A program made the position numbers and the translations under genes. The notes under the pieces are model-generated. The model was not told where the DNA came from and did not search any database. It worked only from the letters and a program-made list of their open reading frames with translations. Below are positions 40,558 to 50,113 of a stretch of 64,000 nt of DNA, in pieces. Source of the DNA: a bacterium (GTDB lineage: Bacteria > UBA8248); the NCBI GenBank assembly GCA_965202625.1, contig CBDBBI010000010.1, forward strand, positions 183,311 through 247,310, in the 5' to 3' direction. How positions within the stretch are numbered: position 1 is the first letter of the stretch; every line of letters begins with the position of its first letter.

Positions 40558-41778
40558 ATGATTCGGAAACTACGCACCGAGAGAGACAACCAGCAGTGGA
40601 TGCTCGATTTGGCGCTCAACATGAGGGGCCGCGTTCAGAACTTTGAGCGCGATTACCTGGAAGTCCCCCAGGGCAAGCGCGCCCACAATTACCAGATGTT
40701 GCCCAAAGTCTGGCGCGAGTCCGCCGAGACGCATGAGAAGCTCGCCAAGAAGGCGCAAAGGGAGGGTTTTCATCCCACGGCCACGGAGCACTACGACCAC
40801 GCCATCGAAGCGTATCGAATGGCCCAGCATCCGATTTTTTACGACGACAATCCGGTGAAGATCTACCTCACCAACAAGCTCAAGGAGATGGTGGACAGGC
40901 GATCCGAGACCGCCTCCTATCCCATCGAGCGCGTCGAAGTCCCCTTCGATGACGGCAAGACCATATCGTGCCTTCTGCATTTGCTGCCGGATCGCAGAAA
41001 GGCGCCTTGCGTGATCTACGTGCCGGGAATGGACCAGACCAAGGAGGTGTTTCCCCACGCGAGGCACAACGTCGCGGCCGAGCGGGGCTTTCACGTCCTG
41101 GCGATGGACGGGCCCGGACAGGGGAACTCCAACATGCAGAAGATACGCGCCGTCGGGGACAATTATGAGCGCGCAGGCGCCGCGGTGATGGACTACCTTC
41201 TGGGTCGCGAGGAAATCGAGCCGACCAAAATCGGCGTATACGGCATCAGCATGGGCAGCTTCTGGTCGCTTCGCCTGGCGAGTTACGACCGCCGCGCGGC
41301 CGCCGTGGCGAGTGCGGTGGCCTGCTTCAACCCGAACAACACGATCTTCACGCAGTCCTCGCCCCGCTTCAAGCAGGTGTTCATGTATATGGCGGGCATG
41401 GAGGATGAGGATGCGTTTGACGAGATGGCGCGGAATATGACCGTGAAGGGGTATATGGGCGAGATACAATGTCCCACCCTTCTGGTGACGGGCGAGTTCG
41501 ACCCGCTCTGCCCCCTTGAGGATGCGATTGAGGTGTATGAGGACCTCACGTGCAAAAAGGAGATGTGGGTGTTCGAGAATCAGTTCCACCCCCTGGTCAG
41601 CCTGAAGAATCTCGGGGGCATGGACAACCATCAATACATTCTGGACTGGCTGCGTCGCACCCTCGTGGATGGGCGGGTGAGCGACGACCGCATCGCCTAC
41701 GTGAAGGAGGACGGGGATGGTCCATTCGGGCAGTGCGAATGGACGCCGCCCGTGCGTTCCGGCCAGGTCTATTTTTAG
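40558..41778 (+). CDS. alpha/beta-hydrolase-fold protein (esterase/peptidase-like)
   Basis: GISMGSF nucleophile-elbow (GxSxG) motif, 406 aa with N-terminal helical cap. Confidence 0.7.
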   Translation: MIRKLRTERDNQQWMLDLALNMRGRVQNFERDYLEVPQGKRAHNYQMLPKVWRESAETHEKLAKKAQREGFHPTATEHYDHAIEAYRMAQHPIFYDDNPVKIYLTNKLKEMVDRRSETASYPIERVEVPFDDGKTISCLLHLLPDRRKAPCVIYVPGMDQTKEVFPHARHNVAAERGFHVLAMDGPGQGNSNMQKIRAVGDNYERAGAAVMDYLLGREEIEPTKIGVYGISMGSFWSLRLASYDRRAAAVASAVACFNPNNTIFTQSSPRFKQVFMYMAGMEDEDAFDEMARNMTVKGYMGEIQCPTLLVTGEFDPLCPLEDAIEVYEDLTCKKEMWVFENQFHPLVSLKNLGGMDNHQYILDWLRRTLVDGRVSDDRIAYVKEDGDGPFGQCEWTPPVRSGQVYF

Positions 41779-41846
41779 CGGATGAGAGAATGCGAGAAGC
41801 GGTGAGTTGAACGCAACCTGAATAAGGGGCGCGCCGGGGCGGAAGC

Positions 41847-42773
41847 GTGGGTCTTCCGCCCCGGCTTTTTGATGCCTGCACTTTGCGGGGAGGCTTCTTG
41901 GAGCATTATCTCGCCATCGTTTTAAGTCTGGCGTCGGCGGTTCTGTTCGCCGTATTCAGCGTTATCGCGCGCAAGGGGCTGGGAGAGACGACCGCCTACG
42001 TCGGCGCGGTCGTCGGTCTGGCCATCGGAATTCCGATTCTGGGGGGGCTATCCCTCGCTTTCTCCAGCTGGGGGCAGCTCTCCTATCGGGCGGGGCTTTG
42101 GTTTCTCGCAGGCGGCGTCCTGGCTCCAGGGTTCAGCCGCTTCCTCCTTTTTCTGGGTTTCAGGACGATAGGCGTCGGCCGCACCATGCCCCTGGTGACG
42201 ATCACCCCCTTCCTCTCGACCCTGGTGGCGATCGCCTGGCTTGGAGAGAGGCCGGGGCCTGCGGTTTGGATCGCCATCGTTTTCGTAATGGCGGGATGTT
42301 TGTTCTTGACCGTCAAGCCGGAGGGCGACTCCGACTGGAGGCGCGTCCACATGATCTACCCTTTCCTTCACGCCGTCGTGATGGCGGTCGCATCCACCCT
42401 GCGGCGCTACGGGCTGCTCGTTTACGGCGATCCCTTGATCGGCGCGACGATCGCGAACCTCGTTTCGCTGCCCGCGCTCCTGTTGTTCGCTCCCGCCCTG
42501 CCGGAAGCCGAGCGTTTCCGCATGGACTGGGTGGGCCTCAAGTGGTTCAGCCTGGCGGGCGTGGTCAACGCCGCGGCCTATCTGGCGTTTTTCTCCGCGT
42601 TTCAGTATGGCGAGGTGTTCGTCGTCATGCCCCTCAGCTATACCGCGCCCTTGTTCTCCCTGGCGCTCGCGCGCGTTTGGCTCAAAGAAGAAGAGAAACT
42701 CACGTGGCGGAAATGGGCGGGAGGCGTCTTGTTGTTTTTCGCCACGATGATGATCGCCTGGGCGAGCGTGTAG
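41847..42773 (+). CDS. EamA/DMT-family transporter
   Basis: ~10 TM helices; start codon uncertain. Confidence 0.7.
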   Translation: MGLPPRLFDACTLRGGFLEHYLAIVLSLASAVLFAVFSVIARKGLGETTAYVGAVVGLAIGIPILGGLSLAFSSWGQLSYRAGLWFLAGGVLAPGFSRFLLFLGFRTIGVGRTMPLVTITPFLSTLVAIAWLGERPGPAVWIAIVFVMAGCLFLTVKPEGDSDWRRVHMIYPFLHAVVMAVASTLRRYGLLVYGDPLIGATIANLVSLPALLLFAPALPEAERFRMDWVGLKWFSLAGVVNAAAYLAFFSAFQYGEVFVVMPLSYTAPLFSLALARVWLKEEEKLTWRKWAGGVLLFFATMMIAWASV

Positions 42774-42911
42774 ACGGAACGAGACGTTTCATGTTGAAAA
42801 TCCCCCCTTTTGGGGGGGGCGGGCGTCTCCCGCAAGCGTCGGTCGAAAGTGCGCCCCCGCGCGCTGCGCATCGGGGAGGAGGAGCGACCGGCCAGTCTCC
42901 CCCCTTGCGGG

Positions 42912-43427
42912 TCATTTTTTGAGGAGCCACACGCCGTCCTCGCCATCCACTTCCCGCATTCGAACCTGGATGTGCTCCTGGGGGGAGGTGGGCACGTTCT
43001 TGCCGACGAAATCGGGACGAAACGGCAGCTCTCGGTGCCCTCGGTCTATCAGGGTGGCGAGCCATATTCTCTTTGGTCGTCCCATTTCCATGATGGCGTC
43101 CAGTGCCGCGCGCGTGGTTCTGCCCGTGAAGAACACGTCGTCCACCAGAAAAATCTGGCGATTCGTCATGTCAAAATCAACGAGCGTCGGCTCGAAATGA
43201 CGCCCCTCCGCGGGGTGCCCCGCGTCGTCTCGATGGATGCCGATGTCGAGCACGCCAAGAGGGGGGGTGACGTTTTCGAGTTCCTGAATGTGTTCCTTGA
43301 GCCGCCTGGCCAACGGTTCTCCTCGCGTGAGCACTCCGAGGAGGGCGACGCTTTCATCTCCGGCGCACGCCTCCATCATCTCAGAGGCGATCCGCTTGAG
43401 GGACAATTCGAGCTCTTTCGCCGTCAT
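42912..43427 (-). CDS. pyrR: bifunctional pyrimidine operon regulator / uracil phosphoribosyltransferase PyrR
   Basis: Start chosen at MTAKELELSL; VLDIGIHRDD and LVDDVFFTGRTTRAALDA PRTase motifs; the longer ORF to 43577 is a read-through. Confidence 0.8.
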   Translation of the reverse strand: MTAKELELSLKRIASEMMEACAGDESVALLGVLTRGEPLARRLKEHIQELENVTPPLGVLDIGIHRDDAGHPAEGRHFEPTLVDFDMTNRQIFLVDDVFFTGRTTRAALDAIMEMGRPKRIWLATLIDRGHRELPFRPDFVGKNVPTSPQEHIQVRMREVDGEDGVWLLKK

Positions 43428-43507
43428 GATGGAAACCGCAGCCATGCAGGATACCCGGAGTGGGGGAGAAGTGCACCGCTTCATCCTAGCGGTTGTCGTT
43501 TCGCGAA

Positions 43508-44833
43508 TCAACGACTTTGCGGAATGGCGAAATTTCGCCTTACGAAATCCCTGGCCTGCTCGGCGTTGGACACGCACCCCTCGAGCTGCGCATCTTCAAG
43601 CGCGAAGAGAATCTCTCCCAGCCTCGGCCCTTGCGGGTAGCCCATGTCCATGAGCGCGCGCCCATCCAGCAGACGCGGCGGACGGAGGGATTCCTCCTGG
43701 AGTGCGCGCAGTTTTTCGGTGCAGAACTCATGGGTTCCCAAATCGCCGTGGCTGGCGAGGCAATCGATGCGATGCAGCTCCAGCAACTCCTCGAAGTAGG
43801 GCTCCCGCAGAAATCGCTTCAGGCGGCTGTCCCGCATCTTCTCCACGTGCATGAAGCGCATGTGGTTGGCGACCAGCGCCTGAATGCGCAGCGCGCGCGA
43901 CCGCGCCATGCGAAGCCTCTCGCAAATGGCCAGACCCATTTCCGCGCCTGCCTTGTCGTGTCCGTTGAAGCGGATTCTGTCGGTTTTCGCGTATGTGGAG
44001 GGTTTGCCGACGTCGTGGAGCAATACGCTCCAGGAGAGGGTGGGCGAGGAGGAGCGCTTGATGTGCAGCATGATGAGGGTGTGCGTCCAGACGTCGCCTT
44101 CGGGGTGAAATTCCGGAGGTTGCGCAACGCCCTTCAGGGCGACGACCTCGGGCAGTGCGTAAGGGAGAAGCCCCAGCGAATCGAGCATGGGGAAAGCGCG
44201 GTCGGGATTCTCCTGGGTGAGCATCGTCGTCAGTTCGTCTCGAATCCGCTCGGCGCTTATTTTCTCGATGCGCCTCGCGTTCGCCTGGATGGCCGAGGCG
44301 GTCGCCGGCTCGATGGCGAAACCGAATTTCGCCGAGAAGCGGACCGCTCTCATCATCCGCAGGTGGTCCTCCTGGAATCGAAGCCCCGGCTCTCCGATGG
44401 CGCGAATGGTTTTCTCCGCAAGGTCGCGCATACCGCCGACGTAGTCGAGAACCCGACTCTCGAGTATGTCGTAAAACATTCCGTTGACCGTGAAATCCCG
44501 CCTTCTCGCATCTTCGACCTCGTTGGAAGGGCGTACCGCATTCGGGCGTCTTCCGTCGCCATACACGTCGTCTTCGCGAAATTGCGCCACTTCAAACTCT
44601 CGCCCCTCCATGCGCACGCGCACCACGCCAAACTGCGCTCCCGTCATCGCGGTTTTCTCGAAGCGGCTCCGCACGGTTTCCGGCCTCGCGTCCGTGGCGA
44701 TGTCCCAGTCCTTTGGTTTCCGGCCGAGCAGGGCGTCTCTCACGCACCCTCCTGCAAGAAGGGCGCGATGGCCCAGTGCCCGCAGCGCTTGAATGATGCG
44801 AACCGCAGCGTCCGGCGGCTTGATGTCCAGCAT
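43508..44833 (-). CDS. cca: CCA-adding tRNA nucleotidyltransferase with HD domain
   Basis: LAGGCVRDALLGRKPKDWDIAT Pol-beta head motif, RRDFTVNGMFYD, C-terminal HD (HDVGK) domain. Confidence 0.8.
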   Translation of the reverse strand: MLDIKPPDAAVRIIQALRALGHRALLAGGCVRDALLGRKPKDWDIATDARPETVRSRFEKTAMTGAQFGVVRVRMEGREFEVAQFREDDVYGDGRRPNAVRPSNEVEDARRRDFTVNGMFYDILESRVLDYVGGMRDLAEKTIRAIGEPGLRFQEDHLRMMRAVRFSAKFGFAIEPATASAIQANARRIEKISAERIRDELTTMLTQENPDRAFPMLDSLGLLPYALPEVVALKGVAQPPEFHPEGDVWTHTLIMLHIKRSSSPTLSWSVLLHDVGKPSTYAKTDRIRFNGHDKAGAEMGLAICERLRMARSRALRIQALVANHMRFMHVEKMRDSRLKRFLREPYFEELLELHRIDCLASHGDLGTHEFCTEKLRALQEESLRPPRLLDGRALMDMGYPQGPRLGEILFALEDAQLEGCVSNAEQARDFVRRNFAIPQSR

Positions 44834-45097
44834 GAACTACCCTCCATGGTGAAGGCGTCTGCGCTCTCGGTGCAGGATAGCCCAGCCCTGAGCGCCGGCA
44901 AAACCTGGGTTTCATGGAGGGGTTTGCCTCGATTCGCGTCTGGCTGATAACTTGCCGCGCGACGGAGGATGCGATGGTTCCCCAAAGCGCGCGCGTTTGT
45001 CGCTTGCCGCATCATTTTCCGGCCTCGGCGAGCGCGGCGTTCGGGGCGTCCCTTCTGCGATGATGCAGAAAAGCCCCCACCCGAAGCGCGGGGAGAG

Positions 45098-45949
45098 ATG
45101 GTGATGTGCTCAGCCATACGGGCAGGTTTGGCGATTATCGCGCTGATGCTCGCCTCTTTTTCTCTTCCGGGTTTCGCATGGTCCGCTCCAGTCGAGGTGG
45201 ACCTGGAGCTCGTCCTGGCCGTGGACGTTTCCGGAAGCGTGGATGCGGAGGAGGGGAGGCTCCAGCGCATGGGCTACGTGAACGCCTTTCGCTCCGCATC
45301 CGTTTTGCGCGCCATTCGCTCGGGCAGGCGCAAACGCGTCGCGGTGGCTTACGTGGAATGGGCCGGCCATGATTTTCAGCACACTGTGGCGGGCTGGACG
45401 CAGATTCACGACGCGGCGAGCGCGGGGGCGTTCGCCGCGCTCCTCGCCCGGAAACCTGTGGGTGCGGGCCCCTACACCTCCATCAGCGGCGCGATAGAGT
45501 TCGCCTTGCCCATGTTCGATGACAACGGATTCACGGGCACGCGCCGCGTCATTGATATTTCCGGAGATGGGCCGAACAACAGCGGAGATGACGTGACGAC
45601 GGCGCGGGCGAAGGCCATACGGGCGGGGGTGACGATAAATGGACTCCCCATCGTGAACGACCGGCCCAGTCCCTGGGGGAGAGTGCCGATGGCGAACCTG
45701 GATTTGTATTACAGAAACTGCGTCATCGGGGGCAGGCGCTCCTTCATGGTGGTTGCGAGTGATTTTGCGTCTTTTGGACGCGCCATTCGCAGAAAACTGG
45801 TTCTGGAGATCGTGGGCGCGCCGGCGGAAAGGCCGCGCCAGGCCCATCGCGTGCGAGAAGCAGGGCGAATTCCTGTTCTCATATCCAGGACGTCCCCGCC
45901 GTGCGATGCGGGCGAGCGACGCCGCAGCAGCTGGCCGGAGGATTTTTAG
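45098..45949 (+). CDS. DUF1194 (vWA-like) domain protein with signal peptide
   Basis: LVLAVDVSGSVD MIDAS-like motif; signal peptide MCSAIRAGLAIIALMLASFSLPGFAWS; start and C-terminus uncertain. Confidence 0.6.
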   Translation: MVMCSAIRAGLAIIALMLASFSLPGFAWSAPVEVDLELVLAVDVSGSVDAEEGRLQRMGYVNAFRSASVLRAIRSGRRKRVAVAYVEWAGHDFQHTVAGWTQIHDAASAGAFAALLARKPVGAGPYTSISGAIEFALPMFDDNGFTGTRRVIDISGDGPNNSGDDVTTARAKAIRAGVTINGLPIVNDRPSPWGRVPMANLDLYYRNCVIGGRRSFMVVASDFASFGRAIRRKLVLEIVGAPAERPRQAHRVREAGRIPVLISRTSPPCDAGERRRSSWPEDF

Positions 45950-46057
45950 GATTTATCAGGCGTTTGTATTTTCTTTTCGTGTTCAGGCGCGGGCGGAACC
46001 TCTGTGCCGTCCGGTGGCGTTTGAACTGGTTTTCAAAACTGAAGGAGTGAAACTTCG

Positions 46058-47032
46058 ATGAAAGCGGTGCGCGTACATGAATTCAACATGGATGTCCCCA
46101 TGCGGGTGGATGAGGTGGAAGACCCGAAGCCAGCCCCTGGCGAGGTGTTGATAAAAACCGGCGCGGCCAGCGTCAATCCGGTGGACTTGGCCATTCGCGC
46201 CGCCAAACACCCCTACGCCAGGCTGGTTGTGCCGCCCTACGTTCCGGGCGCCGAGGCGGCGGGGGAAATCATCGCCTTGGGAGAGGGGGTGGAGGGCTGG
46301 CGTATCGGGCAGCGCGCGTATGGCCGCGCGGTGGGCGGCGGCTACGCCGAGAACGTGCGCCTCTCGGCGGACGCGGCGGCGGAGTTGCCCGACGCCTGCT
46401 CCTACGAGGAGGGAGCGTGCATCACCGTGGCGTTCTATACCGCCTGGAACGCGCTCGTCATCAAGGCCCAGGCGGGTCCCGGCGAGACGGTGCTGATTCA
46501 GGGCGGAGCGGGAGGCGTCGGCATGGCGGCGATTCAACTCGCCCGGCGCCTGGGGTGTCGCGTCTTCGCCACGGTGAGCTCTGATGAAAAGGCGAAATTT
46601 TGCAGGGATTTGGGCGCGGACGAGACGATCAACTACCGAGAGGAGGATTTCGCGGAACGCTGCATGGAGCTCACCGACGGGCGCGGCGTCGACGTCGTCG
46701 TCGAGCTTTGCGCGTGCGATAATTTTGACAAGGATCTGGACGCCATCCGCGTGGACGGAAGAATTATCGTCATAGGTACGGGAACGGGGAAGGGGCCGGG
46801 CGCGGAGTTTCGCGTTCCGGCCGTGATGACGAAAGACACCGTCGTTCTCGGTTTGGCCGTGGTGAACCTGTTTCCGAAGATGCCGGAGTTGGTGCGCCGC
46901 TTCACGCCTTTGCTGCGCGAGGGCGCGTTTCGCGTCCACGTCGATAGGACATGGGGGTTTGCGGAGGCGAACCAGGCACACGATCACGTTTTGGAGGGGC
47001 GGTTTCTGGGCAAGGTTGTCCTGACCCCATAA
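46058..47032 (+). CDS. qor: NADPH:quinone oxidoreductase (MDR family), paralog 2
   Basis: MKAVRVHEF..., GGAGGVGMAAIQLAR. Confidence 0.8.
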   Translation: MKAVRVHEFNMDVPMRVDEVEDPKPAPGEVLIKTGAASVNPVDLAIRAAKHPYARLVVPPYVPGAEAAGEIIALGEGVEGWRIGQRAYGRAVGGGYAENVRLSADAAAELPDACSYEEGACITVAFYTAWNALVIKAQAGPGETVLIQGGAGGVGMAAIQLARRLGCRVFATVSSDEKAKFCRDLGADETINYREEDFAERCMELTDGRGVDVVVELCACDNFDKDLDAIRVDGRIIVIGTGTGKGPGAEFRVPAVMTKDTVVLGLAVVNLFPKMPELVRRFTPLLREGAFRVHVDRTWGFAEANQAHDHVLEGRFLGKVVLTP

Positions 47033-47072
47033 GCGCCCACGGGCGAGGGTTGCGGGGCGAGAGGAGAAGGAA

Positions 47073-48047
47073 ATGAAAGCGATAAGGGTGACCCGGTTCG
47101 GGCTCGAGCATCCGATGGTTCTGGAAGACGTGGAGGAGCCGAAGCCGGGGCGCGGCGAGATTTTGGTGCGCGTAGCGGCCGCCGGAGTGAATCCTCTGGA
47201 AGTCGCCATACGCTCGGGAAAGCATCCGCGCTCCAGGGCGATGCGCCTCCCCTATACGTGCGGCACGGACGTGGCGGGCGAGGTGGAGGCGGTGGGCGAG
47301 GGCGTCGATGCGTTCTCTCCGGGAGATCGGGTATGGGGGCGCGCCCCGGCCGGCGCGTACGCCGAGAGAGGGCTGGTGCCCGCAGACGCGGCGGGAAGGC
47401 TGCCGGATTCCATGTCCCTCGCGCAGGGTGCCGCGCTGCCCATCCCCCTCCTCACGGCCTGGAACGCCTTGATTCTGAAGGGAGAGGCGACTCCGGGCGA
47501 TTGCGTGCTCGTGCAGGGGGGAGCGGGCGGCGTGGGCTATTTGTCCATTCAGCTCGCCCGCGAGGTGGGTTGTCGGGTGTTCGCCACCGTGAGCTCGAAG
47601 GAGAAGGCGGATTTTTGTCTCGCCGCCGGTGCCGAGGCGGCCATCAACTACAGGGAGGAGAACGTGCCCGAGCGCGTGATGGCACTCACTGCCGGACGGG
47701 GCGTCGATGTCGTCGTGGAGACTGCGGGCTGCGAGAATTTGCCCGCCGACCTCACGCTCAACGCCGTCAACGGCCGAATCGTCATCGTGGGAACGGGGAC
47801 GGGCAAGGGGCCGGAAGCGACGATTCCGCTGCCGGCGGCCATGGGACGAGACGCCAGAATTCTGGCGCTCTCATCGGGGAATCTGGGCCCGCTCGTTCCG
47901 GGCATCATCCGGCGTCTGTCCCCTTTGCTGGACAGAGGCGCCATCAACCCCCACGTCGGACGGGAGTTTCCGCTTGCGGAGGCGAACGACGCCCACGCGC
48001 TTTTGTTGAGCGGAAAGTTTCTGGGCAAACTGAACCTCGCACCCTAG
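47073..48047 (+). CDS. qor: NADPH:quinone oxidoreductase (MDR family), paralog 3
   Basis: MKAIRVTRFG..., GGAGGVGYLSIQLAR; tandem to paralog 2. Confidence 0.8.
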   Translation: MKAIRVTRFGLEHPMVLEDVEEPKPGRGEILVRVAAAGVNPLEVAIRSGKHPRSRAMRLPYTCGTDVAGEVEAVGEGVDAFSPGDRVWGRAPAGAYAERGLVPADAAGRLPDSMSLAQGAALPIPLLTAWNALILKGEATPGDCVLVQGGAGGVGYLSIQLAREVGCRVFATVSSKEKADFCLAAGAEAAINYREENVPERVMALTAGRGVDVVVETAGCENLPADLTLNAVNGRIVIVGTGTGKGPEATIPLPAAMGRDARILALSSGNLGPLVPGIIRRLSPLLDRGAINPHVGREFPLAEANDAHALLLSGKFLGKLNLAP

Positions 48048-48065
48048 CGCAAAACGAACCGCGCT

Positions 48066-48773
48066 TTGATGAGGGGAGAGAACGTGCGCTTGCTGAACGG
48101 CCATGAAATCGACGTCTGTTTGTTCGACGCCTACGGCACCTTGTTTGACGTGTCCGCCGCCGCCGAGGAGAAGGAATCCGCTCTGGGCGATCGGTGGCGG
48201 GTGCTCTCCTCGCTTTGGCGGACGAAGCAGATCGAATACACGTGGCTGAGGAGCCTGATGGGGTGTCACGCGGATTTCTGGCGGGTGACGGGCGACGCGC
48301 TGGATTTCGCCCTTGATACTCTGGGAATGGAGGAGCCGGAGCTTCGAGACGAACTCATGGCGCTTTACAAGCGATTGCGCGCGTATCCCGAGGTGAGAGG
48401 CGCACTCGGGAAGCTCCGGAGGAGCCGGATGCGGGCGGCGATTCTCTCCAACGGCTCTCCCGAAATGCTCGACAGCGCGGTGAGAAGCGCCGATATCGGG
48501 GAGTATCTGGAAGCGGTCCTCTCCGCCGAGGAGGTGGGGGTGTTCAAGACGCACCCCTCCGTCTATCAACTGGCGGTGGACAGGCTCGGCGTTCCCGCCG
48601 GCAGAATCTGCTTTTTCTCCTCCAACGCCTGGGACGTGGCGGGCGCGTCGCATTTCGGGTATCGCGTGGTCTGGGTCAATCGATTCGCACAGAAAAAAGA
48701 GCGCGTCCCGCACGAGATCGACGCGGAAATCGGCTCGCTTGAGGAGCTGGAAGGCGTGCTGGCGTATGCGTGA
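48066..48773 (+). CDS. HAD-superfamily hydrolase, 2-haloacid dehalogenase type II-like
   Basis: CLFDAYGTLFDV (DxYGT motif I), ...SNG..., ...W/D motif IV. Confidence 0.75.
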   Translation: MMRGENVRLLNGHEIDVCLFDAYGTLFDVSAAAEEKESALGDRWRVLSSLWRTKQIEYTWLRSLMGCHADFWRVTGDALDFALDTLGMEEPELRDELMALYKRLRAYPEVRGALGKLRRSRMRAAILSNGSPEMLDSAVRSADIGEYLEAVLSAEEVGVFKTHPSVYQLAVDRLGVPAGRICFFSSNAWDVAGASHFGYRVVWVNRFAQKKERVPHEIDAEIGSLEELEGVLAYA

Positions 48774-48794
48774 AGCCCCCGCATCTCTCGCGGC

Positions 48795-49379
48795 TTACGA
48801 GACGTTCAGCGCACCTCTGAGGGTTTGAATTCTCCCCGCGTGATCGGAATGGCTGACGGGCGGAAGTTTTTCCCTGTTCGTGACGGGAAGCGCGATGAAG
48901 TGCGGTCCCGCCTCGGCGAGGAGCCGGGGGAGGGTTTTGCGAAACGCCCCGAGAGAATCCACCCGCTCCACCTTGCCCTTTCCCGTCGCGCCGCCGCCCT
49001 CAAACCCCGAGGCGCGCGCCAGCGCGACGAAATCTGCCCGGGGGGGGAGCCTTTGCCCGCCCACCATTTCGTAGCTCCTGTTCTCCAGCAGAAAGACGAG
49101 CAGGTTTTCGGGTCCATAGCGCGCCAGCGTCACGAGCGAGCCGAGACTCATCAGCATCCCCCCGTCCCCTTTCCAGACGATGACCTTTCTCTCGGGTCGC
49201 GCGAGGGCGAGGCCCAGGCCGAAGTCGGCGGCGTGCCCCATGCCGAACGCCAGAAAGTCGAAATCGAGGTCGCTTTGCGAGACCAGGGGCCACTGCAGGG
49301 TGGCGGTCATGGTCATCACCACGATCTCTGTCGTTCTGTGCTCCGCCACGGCCTGAAACAGCCCCATCCGCTCTATCAA
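48795..49379 (-). CDS. TPP-dependent decarboxylase beta subunit (sulfopyruvate/phosphonopyruvate decarboxylase-like, ComE-like)
   Basis: GMGHAADFGLGLALARPERKVIVWKGDGGMLMSLGSL TPP-binding GDG motif; C-terminal TPP domain only. Confidence 0.7.
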   Translation of the reverse strand: MIERMGLFQAVAEHRTTEIVVMTMTATLQWPLVSQSDLDFDFLAFGMGHAADFGLGLALARPERKVIVWKGDGGMLMSLGSLVTLARYGPENLLVFLLENRSYEMVGGQRLPPRADFVALARASGFEGGGATGKGKVERVDSLGAFRKTLPRLLAEAGPHFIALPVTNREKLPPVSHSDHAGRIQTLRGALNVS

Positions 49380-49397
49380 GACGCTCCGCCTCTGTGG

Positions 49398-49907
49398 TCA
49401 GGGTTGGAATGCGTAGCCGGTGAGGACGGCCGCCGGATAGGAGGAGGCCGCCGCCGCTTCGTCCATCAGGTCGAGCGTGCCCAGGTCTTCGTCCGACATG
49501 AGGTGCCAGGTCGGTATCCCCCACGCCTTGAGAAGCGGCTCTGTGAAGGGGTAGGCCGAATCTATCGGCAGCTTGCCCGCCATCGCCCCGCCGTATCCCC
49601 GCCAGCCGACCACCATGCGCAAGGGTACCCTGGGCCCTGCACCGCAGCCTCTCAAGGCGTCTCCCGCCTCCATCAGCCCCGTGTTCTGAATCACGAGCAG
49701 CGGTTTTTGCCCCCCCGTCCACAGCCCGGCGGCGATGGCGATCGACTCCCCCTCCCGGCAGGGGGTGATGAGGTCGATTTCCGGGGCACTCTCCAGACGT
49801 TCGTAGAGGAGCCTGCTCTCGCTGTCCGGAATCATGAGGACGTGCGTGAATCCGAGTTCGTGAAATTTCCGCACCGTGTGGGTCGCACTCGCACCTTTTG
49901 CGTCCAA
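49398..49907 (-). CDS. TPP-dependent decarboxylase alpha subunit (ComD-like; pyrimidine-binding domain)
   Basis: N-terminal TPP (PYR) domain only (..LMIPDSESRLLYE..CREGESIAIAAG..); paired with the beta subunit 18 nt downstream. Confidence 0.7.
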   Translation of the reverse strand: MDAKGASATHTVRKFHELGFTHVLMIPDSESRLLYERLESAPEIDLITPCREGESIAIAAGLWTGGQKPLLVIQNTGLMEAGDALRGCGAGPRVPLRMVVGWRGYGGAMAGKLPIDSAYPFTEPLLKAWGIPTWHLMSDEDLGTLDLMDEAAAASSYPAAVLTGYAFQP

Positions 49908-50113
49908 AGGGTTTTCCTCTCCGCCCCTTGATGAGAGTTCCAGGTTCTTTCATATTCAGGCAGCCATCTTCGGCCGCGCGCGTCGCCAAAGTCAAGGGTT
50001 TCCGGCGAGACGATGCGCGAAGCGAGAATGATAGGCGCGCGCGGCTGCGTTTTGGTTTTTCCCGTGCGGTGTGCGGAGAAGGAGCCACCTTGAGAAGACG
50101 ACCTGTCATCGCG